A DNA stretch of 58,744 nucleotides, filler included, from Bipalium vagum (Eukaryota), in NCBI GenBank assembly GCA_037834085.1. It is 3 parts of 3 records of this genome, joined end to end, with 100 filler letters (N's around TTAATTAATTAA, not from the genome) between each part and the next. Parts side by side here need not be neighbours in the genome. Positions count along the whole stretch, not along the records: positions 33,091 to 58,744 come from JBBMKC010186517.1; 2 more parts are not named here. One strand, given 5' to 3'. The notes beneath the pieces were generated by a model, which was given only the letters and a program-made list of their open reading frames with translations, was not told the origin of the DNA and ran no database searches. The translations under genes were made by a program, and so were the position numbers. Position 1 is the stretch's first letter. Every line of letters begins with the position of its first letter. Shown in pieces: positions 37,951 through 50,641 of the stretch.

Positions 37951-39204
37951 CAAAAATTTCAAATGAGACAGGATTACTCAATGAATCTTGTCCTGTTTGG
38001 TTGTCTATAGGCAAATTGATTTGGGTCAATCATTCTACCCAGGGGCCGATTTAAATTTATTCTTTTATTGTTTTGTTTGTTTAATTATGTACTGTTCATA
38101 AATTTTGATTTTAAACGATTTGGTTATTAATTGTTTGATTCAATTATTGTCCATTTGATTTGTCCTAAATTCACGATAATTGTGTGATTTTTGTTTTGTT
38201 ACAATTATTATTCCTTATTGATTCATTGACACCGTGATAATTCGATTATTGTGATAGTTGCTTATTTGATATTTTTGACGATTTGAAATTATCGATTAGC
38301 GTGCTTATTGATTGTTTTGGTGGAATGATTTATTACTGTTTTTAACTGTTGTTTTGTGTAATGGATAAAAAAGTTTATTTTGATTAATCTTAAAATATTA
38401 CGTCATTATAATAACATAAGTGAAAAGGTCAGTAAAAATTCAGGAGTAAGGTTATATAAATATTGGAAACGTTACAATTCAAAAATAAGCAGGCTGATAA
38501 TTACTTTCATAAATTTAAAACAAATGTCAAAGTATTAAACATATTTTTGATACTTTCTGATGTGTTGTGTAATAATATTAATTGTCTGAATATTATTTAA
38601 AAATTTGTACTACAGTTCTTTTACCAATAATTAATATTTTTCCAAGAATAAAAATAAATTTTTATTTTTATTGGAGAAATATTTATTCAACTTCTCCACA
38701 GTCGCTTTTTTGATCTTATTAATGAAATTAAAATGAAACATAAATTAATAAAACTTTAAATTAAGCGTTCCAGTGTTTCAAAAAGTAAAATTAACTTGTG
38801 AGAATTGTTCTCTTTTATGACCACAATTATTATAATACATACTCTATATTGTCTCATTTCAGAGCTCAAAATCTTGAAATTGATTGACGAAAATAATATT
38901 AAAAATTCGATATTTTAAATAATTTATGATGAATAAAAATATTTTTAATGTTCAATTTTGATTTTTTATAATAAAATTGATTATACATTAAGTAATTGAA
39001 AAATTTCTTATTCATATATATTATCCATACATAATATGCTAAATTTAAGATACGATTATTATTTTTATGACCAAAAAATGAAAAAGGTATCGATTTTCCT
39101 TCAACATTAAAAAAATAATAATAAAAATAATCCATCAATTTCAAAAGTATTATTTTGTGCTTCATTAAGGCGTTTTGATTATTCATCATATCTAAAATAT
39201 GGGA

Positions 39205-39720
39205 CAATGTTTTTTATGACCTACAAAATTATCTATATTGTTTTTCTGACCTACAATAAAAACCCAATGTCAATAATAAATAGAAAAAAATTCATATTTT
39301 CGTCAAAGGTATTATGGTATTGTAACCACACAAATCTTGAAGAAAATTACCTCTGAAGTGAATTTATGCTCCTTGTATAGCCGTTCTTTGATCTTGTTTT
39401 TTCAACTTTCGACATTTTGAGTGTGGACATTGCGGTTATAATCAACAAACTGATATTTATGACAAACTGATTCATGTACATAAGTTTTGTTTAAGTCACG
39501 ATATACTTTTGCCTCATCAGTGTATATTGTGATGCCTTGTCCAACTATTCTGTATATTGTATAAAATAATCTTAATACAAGTTTAATTTATGCAATGTGT
39601 AAAAATTGACCTATTATTTTCTGATGTTTGAAAAATGACTTACTGATTACCCAATGTGTATAATTTGACATACAATATTGCAATAGTTAAAAAAAACATT
39701 GTGCAAAATGTGTCATAATA
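39205..39720 (-). mobile_element. Merlin/ISXO2 transposase remnant
   Basis: Minus strand IVGQGITIYTDEAKVYRDLNKTYVHESVCHKYQFVDYNRNVHTQNVES*KNKIK matches the ISXO2 signature (TD...Y..L....H..V.H...FV.....HTQ.+E). Confidence 0.85.
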
Positions 39721-39964
39721 TTAAATATATTTAATATAAGTTGTTTACATTTTTAAAAATAACTTATTATATTTTGCAATTTACAGTACTTAAACAAATT
39801 GATAAAATTTAAAATACATATTGACATGAATATAGATAGGAACAAACAGACTTTTGAAACGAACTATATAAAAAATAAAATATTTAAATAAACTCGGTTT
39901 TTCTTTATAATTTTTTTATAATAACAGAAATAAAAAATAACAATGAATAAAATTTATGTTTTTG

Positions 39965-41046
39965 GGTACATATGTAAGTGATTTTAAAGTGACCACCTTG
40001 ATTGTCGAAACAGCTGTAAACGTTTCCTGAAATTTTCGGCTATAGGCCGCATCTCTTTAAATGAAAATCGACTTCACACCTGACGCAATAATATCAAACT
40101 GTTTTGGGGTCTACTATAAGCCCTGGCCTCCAATATTGACTGTGCTCCATTAAATTCAGATCCGGAGAGTATGGAGACCATTCCGCAAATTTCATAAAAT
40201 CCGGAACATGGGATTTGCACCAATCCTGAGTAGCTTTCGTCTTGTTTGTTGGCACTGAGCCCTATTGAAAAGTTTAATCATCATCATCGAAATTTTGTTG
40301 GGCTTAAGGAGGTACCACGGCCTCCAAAGTATCTCTGCGATACATTTTCTGTTTCATTTTGACTTCCCGCTATCCAGGAAAATTAAGGGTGTTTTTCCAC
40401 TAGCGCAAATTCTGGCCCAAACCATGACTGACTGACGTTTTTGGTAATGAGGATGACAGCAGATGGCTCGGAGTTTTCAGTGACCATATTCTACCTTTCG
40501 CTGATTATGAAACTATTAAATTGTAAACAGTTTCTCATCCCTAAAGAAGATTTTCTTCCATCGCTTGCCTGCGGCCCGATGGAGAAGTTGCCTACATCTT
40601 TGGAGTTGTACTCCCTTGTTCGCATCTGTAAGAAGTTGGCCTTTGTGGTTGACTTCTGTCTTGGCCATTCTGTATATCAATGAGTGACTGCTGTCGGTCT
40701 CACGGGCTATATTTTTGATTAAGACCCGCGGATTACGTATAAACCGCTTCTTCATGATCTTGCGATTCCTGGACGGGTTAAGGGTTCATCATGACCTAAC
40801 TTCTTGTACCGCGCCATCATAGGCAACCTTCTGTTTAAGTATCTTGAGCAATCGGACAAATTCCCTTCTGTACATCGCCAAAATATTAGAAGATTCGTTT
40901 GTCATCTATTACCAAAAATATTAAGAAATCAATTGAAATTAATTAATATGCATTCGAAAGATTGGAATTTGTATATTACGCTCATATACGAATTATTATT
41001 CATGTAGTAAAACAAGTTTGTCAGATTTATTTTGAAACACCCTGTA
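39965..41046 (-). mobile_element. maT (DD37D) transposon, degenerate near full length
   Basis: TIR TA|CAGGGTGTTTCAAAATAAATCTGACAAA at 41046 (minus strand). Broken ORFs RNPRVLIKNIARE, KIFFRDEKLFTI, SVMVWARICASGKTPLIF and TQDWCKSHVPDF...WSPYSPDLN. Confidence 0.88.
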
Positions 41047-41573
41047 TATATAAACTGTTTAATGTAAAAAAATTCATGGACATCTCAATTTTTTTTCGTG
41101 GGAGTCTAAAGGATTTCATATTCACATCAAGTATTTTATTACTGTATCAAAATTTAGATCAGATTTTAAGTTTCGTAAACAATTTTTATTAAATTCATCG
41201 TTTATTAAACTAATACTAAATATATTAATGTTTTGGGTAACATATACCTTTACAGAAAAGGTTTTGAAACATATTCGATGTTTATTCATAAAAATAATTA
41301 ATGTTTTTAATGATTGGTGAAAAAAGTCATAAATTCATCAGTGATGTCTTATTCATAATCTGTCATCAATTTATAAATCTTTACGTTTCGGTAGACTTTT
41401 ATGATTAATTGTCAAATTCTAAATATAAAATTGATAAGAACAATTTCTTTTCCAGATTTTATTAAATAATATTAAAATTCACCAAAAGAGAAATAAAAGT
41501 ATACAACTCTTGGGAAAATATTGAAAATGTTAAATCTTTTACTGAATTGTCTTTTTTAAAATGTGTAATTGAA

Positions 41574-42340
41574 TAAAGGATGTCTCAAAAGCAAACAGCG
41601 CCTTTTTAAAAAAATCCTAAAATATTCAAAATATCCAACAAAACAATAAATTTATATATTTATAGAAACGCAAGAAGTATCTTCATGCTTCTTTAGTATT
41701 TCAGGAAGGTGAATTTTCATATGTTCGAACTCTGTAGACAGTTTCAATTTTGACGTTTCAGTTTTCGGGAAATTCACCAGATATTCTGAGAGAGACTTAA
41801 TATTCGGATTTTTTTATTGTTTTTCCCATGTCAAATTACATATTTCTGAATACAATCCTCTCTAATAAATTCTATCTGGAGAGTAATATTAAAATTTTAA
41901 TTCCATGTTTTAAGACAGCCACATAACGTTCAGAATTATTAGATTGGTTACGCTCTAAAACTTGAAAAATGAAAATCACCACAAAATTGCAGACAATTAT
42001 ATGAAACTTCATGTCAGATATTGTTCTCCTGACAATGGCTGGCCAGTCACCATCTTGCGCTACCGATTATCACTATAAATTTATTATTTGTCAACGAAAA
42101 CATTATGACTGTTCAAATTTCTACGCTAATTTTATGGATCTTGTAGTCCTCTATTATTCGATTAAGGAACATATCATACCCGAACGAATTTTAATTACAG
42201 TTTTACAGACGCGATTTGGTATATTTAACTAATGCCGAAATTTGTAAGAGCAGAGATTCCTCTAATGGACAACGTGCAATTCTAGTCCAGCAGTTGTTTC
42301 AGTAAAAATTCATCGAGCCAAAATATAATTTTTTTGTCGT
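41574..42340 (-). mobile_element. Degenerate rosa/DD41D-like fragment
   Basis: TIR-like TAAAGGATGTCTCAAAA at 41574 and degraded minus-strand AQDG-containing catalytic scraps. Confidence 0.4.
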
Positions 42341-42349
42341 TTCTGCGTT

Positions 42350-43198
42350 AGTGCCATGCTTGTTTAATAAATTGTTGTTTTTAACGATTGGCGTTGACTG
42401 TTTCACCATTGTTTAATAACTCATAGAAGACGACACCTTTCTGGTTTCACCAGATACAAAACAAAATCTTCTTTGAATAAATATTTTCTTGACAGTCGAA
42501 GTTGATAGTTGGCCTGAATCAACCTATGATTTTTTGCGTTTTGGAATATCAAAATAAATCCATTTTTTATCGTTTGTAACAATATGATGCAGATAAAGAC
42601 TGTCTTCGGTATCTTTCCATTAAAATTTCATAGGTTGTTTTTCCATACTTCTTTCATTCAATTCATGAGGCATCCATTTTCCTTCGACTTGAAATCTTCC
42701 CTTACCGTGTAGTTGATTGAAAATGGTATGTTGAGACACATCAAGTTCTGTATCAAGTTGTTTTTGGGTTTGCGTATTATCCTGGGCTAATAAGTCTTTT
42801 AATTCTGCATCTTTAAAATTTTTGGTTGACCTGGACGTTCCCGATCTTTGAGATCATAATCGCATGTTTTGAAACGCTTAAAGCAGCGTTCGCAAGTGTC
42901 TGCCAATGGAACATGATCATCACAAGCTTTTCAAATTAGGATACATTTTTTTGCAGCGGTTTTCCTTAAATTGAATAATAACAGCACAGAATGTCGCAAA
43001 AGTTCTTTCGTTGGCTCTTATATTGACATCTAGATTGTTTAATATTTTTAAATTTGAAATTTTTTTGACAATTTAAATTTTACCTTCCGTAAGCTTGATT
43101 AAAACAAATACTTAAATGGTAAAAAATTCATTAAATATATATAAGAAATAAATGTTTACATTTTAAAAAATCCACAAAATTAACTGCTACACATAATA
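42350..43198 (-). mobile_element. Mos1/mauritiana-like mariner, 5' two-thirds
   Basis: LRHSVLLLFNLRKTAA...TCERCFKRFK...DLKDRERPGQPKNFKDAELKDLLAQDNTQTQKQL...GKWMPHELNER...HHIVTNDKKWIYFDIPKRKKS; TIR-like end at ~43170-43198. Confidence 0.85.
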
Positions 43199-43699
43199 AT
43201 TAAAACATGAACGTTGTAGAGTCTATCCTCATTACTCTCCTGACAACCATCGTAACGTTTTATTTTTCCTTTGAAGTAACGTTTGTGCATTTTGATATTT
43301 TATTTTGTTTTAATGTTAATATAGGTCCTTAGTTACACGTAAGTAGTACGATAAATAACTAAATAGTAACCTTGTAAACTTTGTTATTATTTCTGTTTTT
43401 CTTTCCAAATTACATTTAATAATCCGATAAAATAAAATGACTTACCAAAATTTATATATATATAGTGACACCATTAAAACAAAATTTGACGCTGAAAATA
43501 AAAGGCAACCTAATGTGACTAAAATATAATTAAGGAATAAAATATGATGAATTCCAACATTAGTGACAATAAACTATTAATAAAAATTATAGCCAAAAAA
43601 TAATATTTTAAAAAGAAACATAAAAAATCATGTTTTATATTATTGAATATAATTTTGATGGCTCTAGATTGTTCCGGTTGTTTTACGGCTGTCCTCTTT

Positions 43700-44330
43700 T
43701 TGTAACCCTTTTGGCCTTTCGGGAAAAGTCTTAATGTAAAGATTCATGTGCCAATTAATAGACCAATGCCGTTCATATTTGATTTTGATGGTAATAATCA
43801 AGTCATTAATTGATAATGGAAAATGAATCATGAAAGTTTCATCATCACCGAAAGAACTTCATCTTGACAATGATTAGACTTTAGAATGTTTGATTTTTCA
43901 TGAATCTGATGAATTTAATGAGCAAAAAACTTCATATCTTGAATTCTACTTAATCAGGGATTACTTAAGAGTTAATGGGAAAAGATCTTCGAAACAATTG
44001 GAAAAGATCAATGCATATTAAATACAAGACAAGATATATGTCATCGGTGAAAATGATATTCGGCATGAAAATACGCAGTGAGAAACTGTTTATATTTGAC
44101 AGGATAATTCAAAGGATTTTCAAACGAAACTTTGGTAAACTTTGAAGATAGTTAAAGGCAAAGGTTTACATAAGAAAATCAAAGAAGCTAAAAGATCTAA
44201 CAGATGCAATCGAAAGAAATGCATTCAAAATATCACAACAAATGTATTAGAAATGCCATGAATTCTTTTAATTGTCGATTACAACATTGTATTATTGTCA
44301 ATGGATTTTCTGATGAAAAATATTGATTTT
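43700..44330 (+). mobile_element. Possible piggyBac remnant
   Basis: TAACCCTTTT-like start at 43703 and degraded readings (acidic N-terminus, ...DNSKDFQTKLW). Weak. Confidence 0.25.
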
Positions 44331-44979
44331 TGATAAATGAAGTTCATTGTATCGAAAATTAACAATGTTTATCTTACATATATATTATAATATTACATTT
44401 TAAAATCTGATACTTACTCTTTTCACACATCCTATTATTGACTCCTATAAAAGAAGTAAAATAATTTTGATCTAGCTACTTATTATGAACACCAGCTTAA
44501 CTTTTTCAAATTTAAACTCCTTAATAATACTTCTTCGAGTCCATCATTGTAAAATTTAGTCAATTTCATTTAAACAAAAAATATTCTTTTTGCAATTAAT
44601 TATTGTGGGAATTTTTCTCAATATTAATTTTCATTTATTATTCAATATTTTAATTTTTTAACGGTTCCTGTTTTTTAAATATAGATTTTTTATTAATTTT
44701 ACTGAAATAGAAATTTTATAAAATTCCCAAAAGAAAAATTAAATATTGCCTATCATTTATGCAGGAAAGGAACAAAGTGATTCAAACAAAGAACAAAGAG
44801 CAAATTTTCCCGGGATTTTATTTCTCATATCAAAGAAGAAGATGAACTTTTATGCAAATACGCTACTGACTGTCTTATAATTTACTTTAGTGAAAAGGAA
44901 AAATTCAATATAAGAAAAAAAATTATTACATTTTATCCCAGCTACAAGCATAATAAATATATATATTCATTAATGGGTT

Positions 44980-45480
44980 TACAGTAACCTCCAAAAGTTT
45001 GTTCACCCTGTGTAAAATTTACTAATAATTTACTAATTTACGTAATTTGTGTTTTAATAACTTAAATTTTAAATGATTTAATTATTATTGACTGCATTGT
45101 TTAAATAATATTGATGTATGTTAATTATTTAATTTTTTATAATTCTTATAGCGTTTATTTCAGTTACAGAATGGCAAGAAAAATATCCGAATTTAATAGA
45201 AATGTCATAGTTGTACTTAAGAAAAGTGGGAAAACTTAGAATGAAATTCAATTAGATTTACAGAATCAATATTTCACCAATGTGTCCAGACATGGAATGC
45301 TAAAGATTTGGCAATTTTTTTTAAGAACAAACGAAACCAAAGATTTAGCTCGCATCGGAAGGTATCAATAAGAAGTGAAAGATTGCTCGAAAGAATTTCA
45401 AAAGCAAACAATAACCTTTCCGTGACACAAGTAACCAATGACTTCTTATCTCAAAGGAGTATATAGTTGTCATAATAAAA
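44980..45480 (+). mobile_element. Tc1-like element 5' part
   Basis: TA|CAGTAACCTCCAAAAGTTTGTTCACCC Tc1-type TIR; MARKISEFNRNVIVVLKKSGKT*NEI...TNETKDLARIGR paired-like DNA-binding domain. Confidence 0.75.
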
Positions 45481-45589
45481 AGTGGCGGTTAGTTTTTATC
45501 AATTGATAAAGCAAATAGTCCTTAATTTTTAAATAATAAAATTTGATAAATATTTCACATATAATACATTGTCTTCAAAAAAACAATAA

Positions 45590-45860
45590 ATATAAATATT
45601 TAACTTGTGCCACATTTTCCTCAAGACAGCTTTCAATTCTTGTTGACATGCTTCGAATTAATAACTTGATAGTTTCAACAGAGATTCCATCCGAAATTTC
45701 TTGTATAGCTATCGTTAAATCTTCCACATCTTTTAGTTGTCTTTTTCATACCTCATTTTTCATTAGTCCCTAAAGATTTTCAATGGGATTGAGGTTAGTG
45801 GAGTTAGTTGGCCATGAAGACACCGCTCATTTGCTTTATCGCAATCATTCAGATGTAAAT
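45590..45860 (-). mobile_element. Tc1-like element 3' part (inverted relative to 44980-45480)
   Basis: Minus strand WPTNSTNLNPIENL*GLMKNEV...LIRSMSTRIESCLEE..QVKY. Confidence 0.8.
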
Positions 45861-46906
45861 TGGTTTATTAATTGTCCCATTGGTTATCTGAAAAACATAA
45901 AAAGATTTCAAAAGAAATTCTGCACAAAAAAAAGAATTTTTATATTAAAAAATTAATTTCTCAAAAAAAATCCAGTTTCAGTCTTCTAGTATCATTAGGT
46001 AACCAAAACGACTAAAAACAAAAAAATAAAATAAAGTGGATAGAGTTTCTCCGCTATTGGTCTTACTGCTAAGTCTCTTAAAAGTGGAGCTAAAACTAAG
46101 AGCTTAACGGGTAGAAGGTTATTTTTAAGCGTGATCGATTAAGATAACGAATATTTTTTTTCAAATCTATATTGATATTACAAGTAATTTATCAACTTTA
46201 CAATACAAGAGTGATTGCTGTTTGAACAATCATCTGTAAGAAAACTTTCCCCGAGTTTAGGTTTAATTAAAGGAAGGAAATCTTTTCGCATTGATAAAAA
46301 TATCAGTCTCTCAAAAGCCCTCAAAGATAGGTAATTCACCACCCTTATTAGTGTGTGAACCACAAAAATAAAAAGATCTGCGACAGAAGTGAAGAAACAA
46401 ACAAAAAAAATTATTTGATTTTAGGGCTGAACCCTAACACTTATTTAGAAGATAATTAATTAAAACAGTTGTGTAATTTATTAAAATTACCAACTGTAAA
46501 ATATGATTTTAAAATGGTTATTCAATTTATTTTATTTTAATCTACAATAGTTGTGTAATTTTTTACAAATTACCAACTACAACGTTAAAGTTAATTAAAT
46601 AACAAAGAATAATATAATATAATATAGTATAATAAAAAAAATATTTTACTTTTTTGCATATGATAATTGTTGATTATGTGACTTGAGGTTTTTTTATTGT
46701 TGTTTGATGATCGTGGTGGTCTGATTTATGCAGGAATTTTCGTCAATTTTAAGTTCAAATGTGAATATGTAAGTGCATTTTGTTATTTTTCACCTTGGTT
46801 TTATATGTATTTTCAATTAATTTTTATTTTTAGTAATAGTTTATTACTTTATATATATTTTTCTTAGCAATGTTACTTTATATACTTTATACTTATGTAT
46901 ATTTTA

Positions 46907-46907
<1 letters not shown>

Positions 46908-46938
<31 letters not shown>
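46908..46938. repeat. (TA)n microsatellite
   Basis: Direct observation. Confidence 0.9.
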
Positions 46939-46942
<4 letters not shown>

Positions 46943-49366
46943 CATAAAATCTATTTTTAGTAAGTCATACTTACTAAATTATTTTTTAATATATTTTTAT
47001 ATTTAGATGTATATTTTCTTGTTTAAATTATTAGCAATAACAATAATATAAATATAATAATAATAATAATAATTAATTGCTTGATTCTCATTTTATTTTT
47101 TTAATTTTATAATTATAAATCTTTCCTGTGGAAGGATTCTTTTCACATCAAAATAAAATAATAATTAAAATAACAAATTTTTATTAATACAAATTGTTCA
47201 TTACACCAATTTTATTTTTATTTTTATTTAATTATTATTATTTTATTTATTTATTATTTTTTTTTTCATTTAGAATTTTATGAACATCTCCGACATGGAA
47301 AAGGAATCAAAGTGGCAAAATGGTATTTTTAAAGCCACAAAGTTAATTATGCGACCTATAGAAAACACACCGGACTGGATGGAACATCGGGAATGACCAT
47401 GCAAAAGTGTTGATATAAAGATAATGAATTTCACTATGGTGGTATTATGTGACTAAGTTTTGGAATGGTATCTCCATTGAAATTGTTCAAGCATTCACTG
47501 GGTCTTCGTTGCAACTTCTAAATTCTTGTTCACTGGCTCATGGACATCACTTTGCACATCATATGTATTGTTAATAAAATTTTTAAATAAAATGATTATT
47601 TTCTTTCAGACTACAAAATTCTGTGGTATTTCATGGGACCTTCCAAATCTAAAAGATCCCTTTAATTTAATTAGATTCATTTTGGAAAATAAACAGATCG
47701 AAATTGGCCTTGGAAAGTTCTTAGGGTGGATTTTGTATCTCACAGTATTATTATGTAAATTATCCATTCGGAAATTTCACTGGACTTTTTCGGTCATTAG
47801 GTCTATTGTCTGGACATAAAAATGTTGATGGCAGACATGGTGAAGTGATCTATGAACTAATTTCTCGTTGTTTTCACTATCATTTCTGTGTACTGTTATT
47901 TTAATACATATTGTCAATTGTTATCGTACTGAATTTGTTTATAACCGACTTCTAAGGTCAACCTGTAATACCTGACATTACAACTTTTGATTTTGGATAA
48001 TATTTACAACATTTATCAGCAGTTTCTGTCAATAAAGAACCTATTTGCGTGGAACAAATTCTTCAACTAATAAGCTTTTCTGCAGTTGTCCAGTCGTTAT
48101 TAAGACTTCTATACCCAGTTGGTATTCGTTTGGTTTCTTTCTCTTCATTCCCCTCTCACATCAATGACGTTTGTGTGAAAGGCAAGTATTGTTAAGCACG
48201 TTGCTTTTCACTAACAAAAAAAGAGATTTTCTAATTAATGAAGGTAATCGTTTAAATAAATAATGATTCTTTAAATGAAAGAAATTCGTACAATTAATTA
48301 AGATTTACACATTGTTCAATTAAAAATAAATAAACAGACATTTTTTAGTCTTAACCGCAATAATCGATAATATTGCATTCATGAGTTAAAAATTCTTAAA
48401 ATTTGCTTTTCAAGCCTACTGAAGCAAAGGTAGCTTGAAACATTTCAATATACCTATAAGAATCATTTCGTATGATGTTTATTTGAGTAACGCAATAGAA
48501 ACGGTTACTTCCTTTCAGATTTTCTATGGTGTAAGTTTGGGGTTAAAAAATCATAAACGTTATTGTTGGGTTCCATGATTCAGATTAATTGAAATAGTTT
48601 TGACTTTCCAAAAATATACTTTTTTCACATTAGCTTAATTATCTAAATAATTTATTATTAAACTTTAAAATATTTGAAATTCTCTTTAAAACAATCGATT
48701 TGAAATTTTTTTGTTGTCAATTATTATTTTAATGAAACGTTAAAACAAAAATAATGAATTTCCGTAAAAATTATGTTCTTAAATTTCCAATTATGGTAAT
48801 TCCGACAAAGTGTACAACAATTTGTTAAATATATTAATTTTATTATCAGATACTGTTTGAAACCTTTAAACGAGAAGTTCCCTATGATGTTGAAAATAAT
48901 GTCTCAATTTTTATTTTAATATCCTCTTAATCTAAACTGATTCTAATATTTCAGTTTCGTCTAATTCAGTGGAGAAACTCGAGACTGAATTATCAAGAAA
49001 ATTAACTTGCTTTTATATTTTATGTTACATTGTATTTATAACGTGAAGAATAAATACAGATTTAATTATTTTCATTTTAAATCTACATTCATTCATATAA
49101 TATTTAAAAAATATTAACGAAATTACAATAAACAGATTTCGTCAGTTTAAAATAAACTCAACTGATAATTAAACAAATCAATTAAATTTTTTCACTATTA
49201 TTATAATTGCTATTATTATTATTATTAATATTATAAAACAAATAAACACGGCCTGTAATGAAAAAAGACAAGATTCGATCGCTAATTTATTGAAAATGAG
49301 ATATCTCAGCACAAACGCACACTCATCATAATTACAGAACTATTTACAAAGGTTTCTCAACCACTT

Positions 49367-50641
49367 TCAATCGCTGATGGTTGAGTCTGGTAACTGGTAG
49401 TGATTGTCCGAATCGACCGTTGGATAAATGGTCCTGCCCTCACTGGTGTCAAGAAAGTCATTCGAGCCCGGCGTATAGATAACAGGGGGTGGATTCAATC
49501 TCAAGATCTGGTGGTTCTTTTCACTGTATTTCTTATACGTATATTTCAACATCATCTCATTAGTATTCGTGTCCCTAATGGGGATCGGCGTTGTTCCGAT
49601 CGGCTTAGTACACAGCAAAATTCCTCGGGTATCATTTTTATTCCACTGTTCTGTATTTATTTTACAACAATACGGAAACCCAACACTGGCCAGCAACGGT
49701 TCAAGTTTATCAGGCTGAATCTTGATGTTTTTGAAGTTCTTCACAATAAATGGCTTTCCAATTTCCTTGATTGATTCGATATATTTTGTTCTGGGCAACA
49801 GTTCTACAATCAAATGTCCGCCGGGCTTCAATCGATGACAAGAACGACGGAGAAACTTCTCTAGACCACTGTCGCCATAATACAAATGGACCAGTTTTGT
49901 CACGCCCAACGCAATAATGATGTCATATTCGCAACTTTCGCCCAGCTCCACGGTTTCATTGTCCTTGACCCAATTGGAAATCTTGAAATGGATCTTGTTG
50001 TAATCAACCGAATCGAATGATTTCGATTTCATTCTGCGAATCATTTCACAACGATACTTTTCTCTCTGCATATGCTGGGCATTCAAAATCGAATTCTTTC
50101 TCACATCGATTCCATCGAGCCGATTGATTTTAGCATGGAACAATTCGAACAGTTTAAATGCAAAATCACCTCGGTGACATCCGTAATCACAGACACAACT
50201 CTGATTGAACCAGTCTGGCAGGAAATACTTCAAACGGTCTTCGGGTTTCGTCTTTTGATAAATACTCTCAGAAAAACTATCCAAATATCTCTTCTTCCTA
50301 ATTCTCTTACACTGTTTCAATATACAATGATTTTCAATTGTCGACTCATTCGTATTGTAATCTATGACAGGAGTGTTATATCTCGAATCGCCTGGCAATG
50401 GAGATAAGCCAAGACTCATTCGTTCTTGCTGTACTTTTTCTAATTCTAATAAATTTAACGGATCTTTAGGATTAATATATACTTGAATTCGTGAATTAAT
50501 ATTGGGTTTTTTAAAAAAATATCGACAAGACGACATTGGAGCCCGAACGTATTTTTTTTCATTCCATGTTGAGTTTATTTGATTTCTTTTCAATTTTTCT
50601 GAATTGGAATTAAAATAAACAATTAATCATCGCCTACTCAT
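49367..50641 (-). CDS. MEPCE: Divergent Bin3/MePCE-family SAM-dependent RNA methylphosphate capping methyltransferase
   Basis: The 408-codon ORF 49367-50593 carries PKDPLNL, EDRLKYFLPDWF...VCDYGCHRG (motif I), LDGIDV...ILNA, FKISNWV and YDIIIALGVTKLVHLYYGDSGLEKFLRRSCHRLKPGGHLIVE, which aligns with the Bin3 signature TKWVHLNWGDxGL...L.PGG.L++E. The likely start is ATG 50641 with a 39-nt GT-AG intron (50599-50637), giving MKKLKRNQ...; the alternative is the in-frame ATG of MSSCRY. Confidence 0.88.

Noticed and set aside
49400-50407. Plus-strand ORFs 49400-49774 and 50072-50407
   Set aside because: Antisense shadows of the MePCE coding sequence.
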